A stretch of 57,125 nt of DNA, the filler included, from Basidioascus undulatus (Eukaryota): assembly GCA_000826855.1 (NCBI GenBank). It is 3 parts of 3 records of this genome, joined end to end, with 100 filler letters (N's around TTAATTAATTAA, not from the genome) between each part and the next. Parts side by side here need not be neighbours in the genome. Positions count along the whole stretch, not along the records: positions 19,078 to 38,052 come from JTLS01000442.1; 2 more parts are not named here. One strand, written 5' to 3'. Position 1 is the stretch's first letter, and each line of letters starts with the position of its first letter. Below the pieces are notes generated by a model, which searched no databases, had not been told where the DNA came from, and worked only from the letters and a program-made list of their open reading frames with translations. Below are positions 24,976 to 38,152 of this stretch, in pieces. A program made the position numbers and the translations under genes.

Positions 24976-26656
24976 TCAAGCCCCGGCAGCCTTCGTCCCT
25001 TCCCCACTGTGCACGCTCACCCTCACCCAATTCGTGTACACCTCCCCCGCACGGAGGAGCGTCTCATGCCCGGCGTGTTTAGCGTACTCGGCATTCAGGA
25101 ACGCCGCGAGCGGCTCGTGGAACTCGAGGAAGGCGGCGCCTGTTTCAAGCCGGTCACGCCCAGAGTCAGTACCAAGCGGGCGATAGAGAGAAAAGCGGCA
25201 GAGAAGAGAAGGGAGCCTTTGGAAAAGAAGGCAGTAGGAAGACAAGAGTAGAGACGCACTGTCAGGTTGGTAAGCCTGCGTGGGGCTCAGCGCGCCCGTC
25301 CCGCCATGCGAGATCTTTCGCGCCGGAATGCCACCAGGCAAGCCCTTTCCGGAGTAGAACATGACGCCAGACTCTGTTATTTGTAGATACGAGCGTCCAT
25401 GCGGTCCATCACCTGTTGCAACTGAAAGGAAGGCATGGGCAACACACGATTCGTCTGAAACTCGAGCTTGATCCCCGATTCCTTCGACTCGATGCTCGCC
25501 AGCACAGGCCCGAGCGCGTCAGAGGGAGAGGTGGAGGTGGGACGAGGAGCGAGGAGCGAGGACACGAGATTGGTCGTTTGTGCGAGGGGTTGGATGCATG
25601 GCTTGAGCGGCGAGGCAGTCGGGGTCTGGTTGAGGAAGTAAAAGTCGTCTGGGAGGGGGGATGAAACATGAGAGAACATGTACAAACAAGGAAGAGGTAC
25701 AGGAATTATATCGCACCGTAGCCATTATGTGGGTAATCCCGCCCGATTTCCTTGGGCTGGCGGAAGTCGTACGCAGTGGACGAAACAGGGTTGAACTTGC
25801 CCGTCGCGAGCGCGGAGGAAGGGTCGAGATCGGCGGTCTTGTCGGCCTGTTTGAAAGAATAAAAATTCGTCAAATTTACTGAGCGGAGGACAGGAAGACC
25901 GAGAACGCACGTTAAGGTAAAGGACATGCGACTTGACATCTCCGTACGTCTGCCCCGCGGCGACGCGTGCGGACGCAGCGAGATGGAAACCCCAATGCTG
26001 CGTCAGATTGACAGGGCACACGCCCTTCTCCTCCTCGAGCCGTGCGCGATGAATGAGCACGACGCCGTTGTCCTTCGTGATAGCGGCGAGGCTCTCGACG
26101 CGGAGGCTGCCGGGGTAGCCGGACTCGCCCGCGGGGCTCACGTACGACAAGAGCTCGAACGACGTGTCCGGCGTGGTATATGCGCCGAGAGTAGAGCGCT
26201 CCGCCGGCGTAAAGAGCTGTGACTCGCCCAGCGCCAGACGGTGGAAGACTTTGACGTCGAGACCGTCTGGTCCCCCGTGCAGGGACACGGTCGGTTTCTC
26301 TGCCGTCCACCACTCTCCCCTCAGCGAAACATTGACGTGCTGCAGAACCCAAGAGATTACACACCATTCGGAATAGGCTTCAGAACCGCCGTCTCACCAG
26401 CCCTCGCAACAGGGATTTCGTCCCCCGCCGGTACGCGGTTTGCGTAACGTCCGACAGCGACGTGAAGGAATGCGCGCTTCCCCGCGTCTTTGTGGTGCGC
26501 AGGGTTCTCAGGGCCGGGGAGGAGATCGTGCTCGATTCCGTTGTGTTGCAGCCGGAGAGAGTGGAAGGTGAGGCCGTATGGGAGAAGCTCGAGACGGAGG
26601 GCAGCGGAGGGGTGCGCCAGGACGATGGGCAGCAACGCGGAGGACGCACCCGACAT
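24976..26656 (-). CDS. Aldose 1-epimerase (galactose mutarotase-like)
   Basis: LLPYGLT, VGRYANRV, SLHGGPDG, GYPGSL, PVNLTQHWGFHL (catalytic His), YDFRQPKEIG, GYDDFY, TNQSGVMFY, AFLEFHE (catalytic Glu). Confidence 0.93.
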
Positions 26657-27192
26657 TGTGGATTATGGCGGCGAAAATGGAGGTGGCGGGTGCGGATGAT
26701 GGGGAAATAGAGGAACAGGGACTGCGCGGATGAATGTGGAGAGGCAAGAGGATGAGCAGCGAGGACGCAAGAGGATGCATCTTAACCGGGCCGGAAATAC
26801 GGAGGAGCCAAATGGGGATGCCTCGCATAATCGCGCTTCGCCCAGCTTATCGCTACCGAGGGCACTCTTTATGTACATTTCAGAACAGAAGTTTGATATG
26901 CACAACATTGTCCTCGATAGGAGATCTGGTAGGGGACAACTTCAAACGCAGCACCCACAGAGCGTCTTCACTTTCGGTTTGACGTCATCTCCCGGCCCGG
27001 ATGATCCGACCTTCGTGCAAGCAACACAAGCGTCAAGGTCAAGGATGGGCATGATTTATTCATTGAAGGATAAGCCCGACAGCATGTTGAGCAATGGGTC
27101 AGAGGTATCATGCGAGTGTGCGTGTGTGTATGTGCAGAGTCTGCCAACGAAACAAGAACAGAGAACCAAGAGTCTGCCTGCCGCACGTTCAC

Positions 27193-30100
27193 TCAGCTGA
27201 TGTACTCGATCAGCTGCTTCACGACCGCGGGATCTATAAACGGCGATGCGAAGGCAGGAGGATCAGCGTCGAGTTTCTTGACTTGGCAAAGCCCCATGAC
27301 TGACCTGCTGCAGCGAAGTAGCGTGCGTTAAACGCCTCCGCGCCTCCGACGGCCGCCTGTGCCTCGGCGAGCTTGTGCGAGATGAATTGCGTGAGGGGGA
27401 TAGTCGCAACTGGGTCGGTCGCGTACAGCTGTTCCATCGGCCCACCCAAAACCTCCCCATCAGTTACCCCATGCACATCCCCTCGGAAAGAACAAGCGAC
27501 GCACCGCCAACCTCCTCGTCCGCTCAGCAGTGCCCTCATCGTCCGCATTCCTCGCCAGGCTAGACGGGCTTGGGGAAGGGCCGTCCGAAGCGCCCTCGGT
27601 CTTCCAATGCGCGTGCAGCTCGCCCGTCTCGGCGTCTTGCGTCTCGCGCACCTCGCCAAGCACGTCGAGGAAGACAGTGGCGATCTCGCCCGGCAGCCGG
27701 CGGAGGACGACTTCGGAGCCGAGGCCGACGAGACAGGCCAGGCCCAGGGCGGACGCCTTGCGGTCCCGGTCGGAGGAGAAGTTGTCCCACTGGCACGTTC
27801 CGGGAATGAGTTCGAGAGGAGCTGGAAAGGGACGGAAGCGGACGGAGGATGCCGCACCTTCTTCCACCATTGATCGAGGATCCCATCGAGCAGGACATCC
27901 TCGGGCTGTCCGACCTCGGCAGCAGTGTGCTGTACGAGCTGTACGAATGCCGCTGCGGAGGAGAGGAGTATGCGGGCGAAGGTGATGATGTACCTAGTGA
28001 GAAGGACGGGCGACTCCTGGATTTCAACAAACAGTCAGTAATGGACGGAGGGCCAGATGCCACTGACGAGGGCATACCTTGTCGGTTAGAAAGATCTCGA
28101 GAAGGCGGCGGAACAGCCCTGACGACGCGAGTGCGGGGGCCCACGACGCAGAAGACGAGGCGTGGAGAATAATGCAGAGCGTTTGGAGGATGGGCTCGAT
28201 CGTCCAAGCGTGGGACTGGGCGATGAGCGAGTTGAACGCGGTGAACAGTTCTTGCGCTCCGAGCTGCGGTCCTCGGTCACAACATTCAAGCTCATCAGCA
28301 CATTAGCGATCCGCGATGGGTGCGACAGAAGCGTACCTGCATGATTTGCTCCCCAGTAAGGTAGACGTAGCTCTCGATGATGGAGAGGGTTTGGGAGAGC
28401 AGCTCGAAGTCATTCTGAAGCGTCGAGACTGCGAGCGGGAAGAGCTCGACGAGGGACGCGTCCAGCGCGGGCGCGTGACGGAGCGCGGTTTGCCAGAGGA
28501 TGATAGTGTCCCCGTCGAGGAACGTTTTGGCCTGCGGTCGAAGTGGTGGTCAGTATGAGGGGTCAAACCCGTACGGGAGAGAAACTCGCCTGGCCTGGGT
28601 CGAGTCCGTGCCGGATGAGAGGAACCACGAGGTGCAGGACTCGGTTGGAACCTTCTTGAAGCGCCTATGAAGATCCAAGGCAAAAAGCGGCCTGCTGGTC
28701 AGCCGTATAACTAGTGGTAGATGAGACAATTGCGGCGACAAACCTCGACGAGCTTGGTAACAGTCGTCAACAGCGACGACTTGAACAGCCACTCCTCACC
28801 GGCGTTCTCCCCTGGTAACGAAAGCGGACAAGGAGCCCTTTTTAGTCACGCGCCGCAGCAAGCCAATTACCACTCTCCGCGCCCTCCGACTCACAAAGCC
28901 CAGGGATCAGATCGATAACTCGTTGGGCGTAAGGCACGACCTGCTCCGCACACCCAACATCAGCGCTTACGGTCCGCATGGAAGCCCAGCGACCGGTATT
29001 GGCGCACCTTGTCGCCCATGCGCTCAATAATGAGCGTCAGCGCAGCATTGACCCTCAGCTTGTTCTCCATGAGCTCTGCCTCGCCGAGAAGCTTGACGAG
29101 TTCGGGCATCACGTCTCCCAAGAACGGCTCGAATAGCACGGGGTCGAACTCCCACCTGCATCCCAAACACCGCTCCTTGGATCAGCCTTACAGAATTTGG
29201 CGAGGGGCAACCAAGCGACCTACGTGTCCACCGCCTCCCTGAGCGCCTGCGCCGCGGTGAGACGCACGGCGATGTCGCTTGCGGGATCGGTCGAGCGTAG
29301 GCAGTGCAGCAGAATTGTGTAGATGTGGGTATACGCTGCCGGCGTGCGCGATTCGGCGACGAACTTGCCCAGGACGGAGGCGACTCGGCGGCGAAGGATT
29401 CGGAACCTGCCACGAGACGACGTCAGCCCAACGGTACCTTATCGGTGCGAGGGACGACGACGGCTTACTGCTCCTCGGGCGCTTGCACCTCAGCAGTGAG
29501 CGACTCTGCCAGCCACGTCTCAAAGTTCACGTCCGCGTGGAGGTACTCTGCGCAGCGACCCGCGGCGCGGTAGACCGCTTCCTTGAGGAGCACGCTCTGC
29601 AGGTTGTCGAGCGCAGCCGCTACAGGGCGAACCCAATATTTCAGCCGAATGACTCAAAGCGCCGCAGGGCGTGGACCATTACGAACCTCGGACACTATCC
29701 AGCAATCGCGAAAGCACCGGGCCCAGTCGGTGCCGGCGCTTGATCAGCGCGCCGAGGACGACACGCTCGGCGCAAGGCTGTTTCGGCGGTTCTTGTCAGA
29801 CTGTCTTCGAAAGAACGAGGGACGAGGAAAGACGCACCCGCATCTCAATCTCCCACTGATCGGCCTCCTCCGCGTTCAACCACTCCTCTGGGTCTGCCGC
29901 CCACTCCTGCAAATCGGTCGCAGAGAGCGGCAAATACCGCTCGACGATGAACGTCACGACCTCCTCGGCGAAGTCGTCAGAGAGCTGGGCCGTAGTCGCT
30001 GCAATGGAAGGCTATCAGACCCAGGTATGCACGAGCAATAGGCATGCTGATGTGCAGGGGCAATTGAGAACGTACGTTGGGTTGCGGGTCGCGACGAGTC

Positions 30101-31709
30101 GATCTCGGCTGGAGGCGCCCAGTCGGCCAGGCAGATCTTGAGGATCGTGAACGCCTGGACCAGCGACTTGGTCGGGTAGATGGCGTTGTCGCTGGCTGCT
30201 CATTGCCCGCGAGCGCACGCCCCACCATACCCTCGCTTGTTAGCCTCCACTCTCCCTCATCCCCTTCTTCCCGCTCAAGACCACTCACTCGACACCAGTC
30301 CCTGCACGTTCTCCCCGGCGCCCTTCACGCGCTCCCACAACACGTGCACGAGCGCCTCCACGCCGGGGATCTCGCTGAACTTGGGCGGGCTGCTCGCCTG
30401 CAGCTGCTTGAAGAAGCGACCGTAGGCGTTGATCAGACGCGTGAGCGCGTGCAGCGTCTTGTCTGAACCTGCGGGGGGCGGAGAGGGCAGGGCGACGAGG
30501 AGTGAGGAGCGGAGGGCGTGGAGTTGGGAGAGGTGGGTAAGGGCGAGCTGGAAGAGGCCGCAGGCCTGGTCGCGACGGCGGAGATCAGCTTGGTGGGTTG
30601 GGTGATGAAGAGGCCGAAGAAAGGAACGCACGCGCTCGAAGTCGGTGTCCTTCACGCGACCCCAGTCGTACGTGCACATCTTGGCGAGGCACTTCAAAGA
30701 ATAGAGCGACGCGAGGATCCACTCAAGCAGAGGGGGTTGAGCGACAGTCGAAGGATCCAGCGCGGACGTCCAGGCCGCAAAGGATGTCGTGTAGATTTCC
30801 AACATCAACGGGAACATCTTCGGGATCAACTGCCCTTCCATATCGCCTCAGTCTGCTTCTCTTGGCTGACCTTTATAGTTCGCGGACTAGGGAACACGCA
30901 CAGTAGCCATACTGAGGGCCCTAGTCATGATCTTGATGCTCGCGATCTCTTTCGTGACCAAGTGCAGCGCGTGGAGGGACCGCTGGAGGACGAGCCGCGC
31001 GCGTTCGTCGCCTGCCTTGGCGCCCTCCAGCGCGCCCGCGATCACGCTCCCCAGGTCGTCCAGGAGCGTAGGCCAAAATCGCGGGAAGTCGTTTCGGGCG
31101 ACTTTCGCAAAAGCGACAGCGTTGGCGACGGCGATCTGAAAGGGGCGGGAAGGCCAGACGGCGGCGAGGGAGGCGAATGAGATTGGGGGTCGGGCGTAAG
31201 TTAGGAAAGGAGGAAACTTACGGCCTCCGTCGGATCGTCGAAGAAGGTGAGCATCCGAGGACGGATCTCAGCCTTGTGCTCCTGGATGAGAATGCTGCGC
31301 AGGTGGGTTTGGGCTGCAGTGAGCTTCCTGCTTCGAACGCTTGGGATCTGTACACCATAATTTCCTGTACGAAAGATGACATCCAACAACCATCCTACTC
31401 CCTCTCCATCCTGGATTGCCTGACCCAGCGCTCGTCCACACCCTTCCCGCCCAGTACGTCTTCCTCGGTCACTCACCTCGAGTTGGAGTTCCTCCACACC
31501 CCGACCGCCCCGTTCTTGAACAGCAGAATAGCCGCCATGCGCAGCTCAAGCGGCTGTCCCCCGCGGTCGGCTGCAATCTTGTGCAGCTCGTTGTAGAAGC
31601 CCGAGACTTTCTGCCAGACGGGCAGCTCGTCTGATGCGCGCTTTGAGGCGGCGGCATCCTGGGACGCCGCGGCCGTGAGGAAGGAGAGCAGCGCTTCGTA
31701 GGAGGCCAT
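27193..31709 (-). CDS. KAP120: Importin-beta family karyopherin, importin-11/Kap120-like
   Basis: IBN_N region LRMAAILLFKNG...W; AKVARNDFPRFWPTL; LQEWAADPEEW...MRPCAE; LLKEAVYRAAG; RILRRRVA; DIAVRLTA; VDTWEFD; RKASALGL; ends DPAVVKQLIEYIS*. Multi-exon. Confidence 0.88.
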
Positions 31710-31993
31710 GCAGCAAGAAGATGGTGGATCAGAGTCAAGAGCAGACAGATGGAATAAGTCTACAGAAAGACTGAGGGTCTAAGGCGGTGAATCGTAAGGA
31801 GGTGAGCGACCGCTCAACCCGGCCTCAGAATTATTCCCACGCCGAGGCGTCTTTGTTACCCTTCCTCAGGCTCTGACGCTGTTTCCTTTCATGAACACAG
31901 CACTTCGAATGATTGACCTCCGTGCTAGACGCTATCCTAAAACACTGAAGCCAAACGCCTACCCATAAAGTGTACATGTCCTCTCCGTGCCAT

Positions 31994-32302
31994 CTACCGC
32001 TTCCCCTCCCTTCCATGGCCCTGAACCTCCCTCATCGCAATGCCCTCCTCCACCCGACGTTCCCGGCTCAGCCTCCCCATGCGCACCCACAGACACGCCC
32101 CAAGCCCCAATGTGCCGCAGACAATGTTAAATATTGCGCCCACACGGTTTTCCAGGTGGTTAGGGAGCAGATCCGCATAGCCCGCGTCCGTGGCGTCAGT
32201 CGGCAGAAGTCCGGCGATGTCGGCGATCAGACATCCGACGCCGACGATGAGAAACAAAAGGGAGATGGCGAGGAGGTACGGGAGGATGCCTCGTCTCGAC
32301 AT
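31994..32302 (-). CDS. Small hypothetical membrane protein (102 aa, two hydrophobic segments)
   Basis: ATG preceded by a pyrimidine-rich leader. Hydrophobic segments ILPYLLAISLLFLIVGVGCLIA and VGAIFNIVCGTLGLGACLWV, then a basic/charged tail. Confidence 0.5.
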   Translation of the reverse strand: MSRRGILPYLLAISLLFLIVGVGCLIADIAGLLPTDATDAGYADLLPNHLENRVGAIFNIVCGTLGLGACLWVRMGRLSRERRVEEGIAMREVQGHGREGKR

Positions 32303-35300
32303 GTGCTTCGAGGGAGGGATCTAAGAGGCAGTAACGCAGTGCGAGGAGGGGTAAGGATCGATTGTATTCTGAGGGGCCAACGGTGTGAACCATGCGCAGT
32401 TGTGCTTACAACAAATGGCTTCGCTCTCTCGCGGAGAGTAAAATGATAAAGTGCGTGTGTACGAGTTGAGTTTTGGACGCCGGGGAGGAGGTGATCCTAA
32501 TCGGCGTAATGAGAAGGGGCAGGGGAAGGAGGAAGGCAAAGAGAACGAGGAGACGACTTTATTGATGCCGTTCGCCGTGGCAGCGGACGCCCACGCGGCG
32601 CTGTTATTGATTCTTCTGAAATGACCAGGACGAGCCGTCAGGAACAGACAGCCAGGGACAGCGCGGCGTGCACGGTGCGAGCTGGACCATATCATGGCAG
32701 AGTTTAGAAGGTGCAAGAATAAACGTGCAGGTTCGTTGCGACTATCGATGTTATATTGGGCACTAACGTGCGTTGGCGTGCTTACTTTACTTTTGATGGT
32801 TTATACAGCGAGTGGGCTTGATGTGTGAAAAGCATGTTCTGTGCACGACATTCGACTGAGAAGGCGAGCAGCTTGAGGGCGGAGATGGGGGAGGGAGCAC
32901 GGGTGGTCGGCCGGCAGCCGTCCTCAGCTCGGCGGAGTGCGGGCTCACTGGTATATGAAACAACTTCTGCCTCGAAGAAGTTGGCTAGTAGAAAATGTAG
33001 GTTTTGTCTTGTCTTTACGATGCGATGATCTTGACAGACCCTGTGGGCGAAGAACCAAGCGTCCACAGCCTATCTGCCAAAATTTCACCAGCCTTGCGAT
33101 CTGCATATGGGTTGAAACACCAGAGAGCATAGGTATATTTTTCTCATTCCTTTCTGTTGGGATATTGGAATTCTTAAGTTATGTTGTGAATCGTGAAGGA
33201 TATCAGTCTTCCGCTCGCTCGCACGCCTTCCTCCGAGTAAGATCTCATTTGCAACTTGAGGACCTTCCTCTCCGGCTTCACTATTTCCTTGATAAGAAAA
33301 GTTCAGACCTAATTCTATATTTAATATCATTGAGTATGGAAGACCTTTCAGTTATGGTCTTTCCCATACGCATCCGAGGAGTCAGCCTCACCTCCGGCTC
33401 TTGGAATGAATGCACGACACTTCAGAAGAGAGTGCACCCTCTGTCACACCCTGTCTTTCACAGGAACCTTTTAACCAATAAAAATAAACCTAGTCTGTCG
33501 CGGTCTGCCTCAGCTCCGTGTGTTGGAACGCAGGGTGCAATGCGTAAAAATCTCCCGATGGGCCGTGCAGCATTACCGGAAGTACAGTGAGTCTGGCGCA
33601 GACTATATCATGCTTACCGACGACTTTCAAGTCTGTCTGCAGAATCTCCTCATATGCTATGACCATGGATGATCACCCCCCCTGTCACAGCGCTTGGCGC
33701 GCACGCATTCTAATACTACTGAGCCTGACTCTCAGACACTGCCGCGAGAGGCATAGTCTGTCAACTACTATCCCCCTTCCATCCTGATACCCTGTTGATG
33801 TCGTTTCTGGAAATTCTGGGTTTACAGCTCTAACGGGAGCGGGTAGGCACTTTCAGACGCAACGGCAATGGTCCAGACTTCCTGCAGAGACGTTTGGCAC
33901 TCACGCCGACAACTGACAGAGCGAATTGGCCAAGGGAATAGATGACCTCGCTTCTCTGATGGCCACATGGAGACTATAACAAAGGGTGACTTCGGTCCTG
34001 CGATAGCAATCCGTAAGTCACAGGCCGTTCTGCAAATCGGGTCTGGGAAGATTTGCAGATCTGACCCTGCCGCCACAGACGCACTTACCATGCGTGACTC
34101 TACTCTGCTTGTGGGTGCATGCTGTTCATGAGTATTCAAGCATTCCACGAATGAGCTCAGCTAACATGGATGTATCGCAGTGGGGTTCTCGCAAAGGTAG
34201 CCGAGGTCTATGGCGAGATCTTCGGAGTCTGGGACTAGACGAAGATCGGCGAGCCTTTCAGCAGTGCTGAAGAGTATCTTGTCTTTCCCGAATACTTCAA
34301 GCTTAACATCCCATTTAAATATTCCATTCGATTGAAGATTACTTTGGAGGGACCTGCGAAGGCAGTCTCTGTCTGCGGTCCATCTGTGCTATAAAGAGAT
34401 TGCAGACACCGGTTCCCGGGTCCCTCAGCCTGCGATGTACAATGCATTTGATACCGGCATTTACATGAATATCAATAATCTCTCGATGGCGATTATTATG
34501 TATGCTGAATGTGCTGCTTCTGTTTGAATGGCTGTTGACAGAAAGGCTAAGAGGCCTGAAAGTGGCGTTGCATCCAGACTGCACCGCGTCCCACGCAAGT
34601 CCCACGCCGATGAGCCTCTCTTTCAGCATTCATACTCCTTTACCACGTCAAAAGCTATTTTTACAAGTCCAATGGTCGTCGAGGTCCTCTGAACGTCGGC
34701 ACACAACAGTAGATACACACCACCAACGTACTTGCAATCATTACAATCCTCCTTTTTTTGCCGTATCAGCATGGCCAGTTGGTGGTTAGACTTCGGTCAG
34801 GCTTTGCTCTTGGCGCCCGGGCGCAACCCTCAGCGCTGATTGTAGCGTGAAAGCAAGCTCTGTGCCTGATGACGGGCCTGAGCTTTTGTATCTGCGAATT
34901 TGATTTCTCCAGGAATGATGGCTGCCAAGGGCAAGGCATCTATTTTTGGCAGAGTTGGCTCAGGCTGCCCTTGTCGCGGAAGGGGGGCGCTTGAGTTGAC
35001 AATCACTGAGCATGTACTCCGTCCTTCTCCACTTGAATGTGATTGGTCGAAAGCCGCTACAGCGTACACGTTCTTGTGGTCGCTCATCCCATCGGAGGTG
35101 TGCTGCCTGCGAAAACGCACCCACGGCAGCGTATTCCACTGATCTATTCAGGGGTCTGCGGCAGGTCTGCGCATGCAAGATCTAAGAACGAGCCCGAGCC
35201 GGCCTCCGCCACAGATCGCCGCTTTTTCATAAAACCCGAGCACCACAACACCGCTCTCTCTTTCCCCCCACCCGACCTCTCCCTCTCATCACCGTCCTCC

Positions 35301-35317
35301 TTACAGCTACGGGAACG

Positions 35318-38052
35318 ATGGACGCCTACGCGCTGAGCCAGTATGAGCAGGAGGAGCTCGACAAGCGCAAGCTCAAGTGGGCGCCTACGCTCGAGGAGAT
35401 GAAGCGTATGTCTTTTGTGGCACACTGCGCGGCCAGCGATGACCGAGTCCCGCAATATACAGTGCTCTTGATTGCGTCTACTGGTTTCTTCGTCGATGCC
35501 TATGATCTGTTCGCAATCAAGTATGGCTTCCCCTTAGTGTTCACGTCGATCGGGGCGCTGACCGCATGCGACAACTCGTTTCCAGCCTCATCGTTCCCAT
35601 GCGTGCGTCTTGCAGCAGGTGGAGTTCCACAGGAAGTTGTTTTGACAAGCCTTCATGTGAGACACAGTCAACTACCAGTACGTCCGGTGTGTAATCTCTT
35701 GTAGTGTAGGGGACTGATGCGGAGCGGTTACTAGGATGTACGGCAAGCTCTCCGGCACGGTGACTGGGATCGCGCTCAAGGGTGGTGTTCTCAAGGCCTC
35801 GGCTAACGTGCGTTCCCCTTCTCTCGAGACAAGGTTTGAGCATAGACTGACGGATTCTGTACACATACAGCTTGGCTGCATTGTGAGCCATCCTGACAAA
35901 CGATCTTTTGCTGCGAGACTCTGACGGATTGCGGACACAGCTCGGTCAAGTCACGTTCGGTTACCTCGGCGATGTCATGGGCCGCAAGGCAGTCTACGGG
36001 AAGGAGCTCATGATCACGAAAGTAGTTCATTCAATGCACAGGCTGCAGACGTTTCTTACCTCCCCTTGCCCCTCAGGATCGTCGCGACCGTGCTCGTCAT
36101 TGCCGCACCCAAGTACCTTACCCCCGAGAACTTCTTGTGCGTGAAAGTGGATATTTTCTCCCGATGGTCGAAGTGACTCATTTCGGGGCGGATGGCAGCA
36201 CCTACATCACCTGCTTCCGTGTTCTCATGGGTATCGGTATCGGCGGTGACTACCCGGTGTGTTTTCATGCAGTCTCTTTCTGGCGATCGCGCTACGTTGC
36301 TGACGCCGACTGTCGCAGATGTCTGCGGCTGTCGTCTCGGACCGCGCCAACCTCAGCCGCCGCGGTGTCATGCTCTCCTTCATCTTCTCGATGCAAGGCT
36401 GGGGTAACCTGGCCGCGGGTATTGTCTCGATCATCGTCCTCTCCTGCTTTAAGACGGCGATGCACGAGCACCACCAGTACGGCCAGGTCGACGCTGTCTG
36501 GCGTATCATCACTGTGCGTTCCTTTAAACATGATTCACACTCCATTGTGTCTCTGACGGCGATGAGGCTGTCTCAGGGCATTGTCCTCGTCCCCTGTCTC
36601 GGCACCCTCGTCCAGCGTCTTCTCCTCCCCGAGTCGAAGAAGTTCAAGCGCGCCGAGGAGATCCGCGCGATCGAGTGGGCTGAGAAGGAAGGCAAGGTTT
36701 ATAAGCCCACCGAGAACCCCGCGAACGGCAAGCTCTCTACGTCCTCGGCGTCGCTTGCCGAGCAGGGCACGCCCGTCACGCCCGCTGAGCCTGAGCAAGG
36801 TATGGGTGCCACCGCCGCCCTTGCGGAGAAGAAGCGTGCCTGGAACGACTTTGTAAGTAGTTTAGTTCGTGGGAGAAACACTGGGAGATCGAGCTTGCTG
36901 ACTCAGCGAGCAGATCGACTACTTCTCGGAGTGGAAGCACCTGAAGACTCTCATTGCGACCGCTGGCTGCTGGGTATGCAGTCCAATTAAATATCCATTA
37001 TATTCGATTGTATGCTGAAAAAATATACTACAGTTCCTCGTAGACATCACTTTCTGTGCGTAGTGCCATCCCAATTCTCGTCTCGCTTCGCTGAACCATT
37101 CATTCTCCGCTATGATCGCAGACGGCATCAACCTCAACCAGTCCATCGTCATCGACGCTATCGGCCTCAACAAGTCTAAGGAACCTTGGCAGTACCTCTT
37201 TGACAACACGCGCTCAAACCTGATCGTGCGTCTAGTTCCAAATGCCATTCTCAATGCTGGCGACTGATTTTCTCCGCGTTGAACAGATTACTGTCGCGGG
37301 CTTCCTCCCTGGGTACGCTGTCGGATGGCTCGCACTCATGGTCTGTCTGTCTTGCTAACCGCACTGGAATAAATGTAATTCCAGCTACTACCTCACTGTA
37401 CGTTCAAATTTTCTGTACCATGCGCTACGAGACAGCTCACGGGAGTCGCGGCGCAGATGTTCACGGTCGAGTACATCGGTCGCAAGTGGCTGCAGTTCGG
37501 CGGCTTCATCATGGAGGTACTTAGAATTGAGTTACCTTTTTCTAATCAACAGAACCGCGTAAATTCATCTTTCTTAATACGCAGGCCTTCTTCCTCGGTC
37601 TCGTCGCTGGTGACTTCGACCGTCTGAAGACCAAGCCCGCCGGCTTCATCGTCGCCTTCGCCTTCCTGCAGCTGTTCTTCAACTTTGGTGCCAACGCCAC
37701 GACTGTACGTCCTCATCGCCTACGTGTACTCCGCGTCCCAGTCCTGACGAATATTTCAACAGTTCATCATCCCCGCCGAGGTGTATGTTCTCTCTCCACT
37801 CCCCCATGCTTCCCCTCTTACCCCGCCTCTCCTACCCCCCAGCTTCCCTACCCGCGTCCGTGGATTTGCTCACGGTTTCAGCGCTGCTTGCGGCAAGGTC
37901 GGCGCTGTCATCGCGTCCCTCGCGTTCTCTGAGGCCGCTGCGAAGATCGGTACCGCGAATGTCCTTTGGATCTTCTTCGCCATCTCGATCGTACATCTCT
38001 TGCCTTCTCAACGTACTTGGGCGATTGGCTGATATCTACCTCCCCTCCCCCC
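35318..38052 (+). CDS. PHO84: MFS phosphate:H+ symporter, Pho84-like (3' end lost in gap)
   Basis: [144 protein letters not shown]. About 20 introns before the gap, one needing a GA donor. Confidence 0.93.
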
Positions 38053-38152
38053 NNNNNNNNNNNNNNNNNNNNNNNNNNNNNNNNNNNNNNNNNNNNTTAA
38101 TTAATTAANNNNNNNNNNNNNNNNNNNNNNNNNNNNNNNNNNNNNNNNNNNN
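38053..38152. other. Artificial contig-joining spacer (44 N + TTAATTAATTAA + 44 N)
   Basis: Same 100-nt structure as 18978-19077. Confidence 0.97.
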
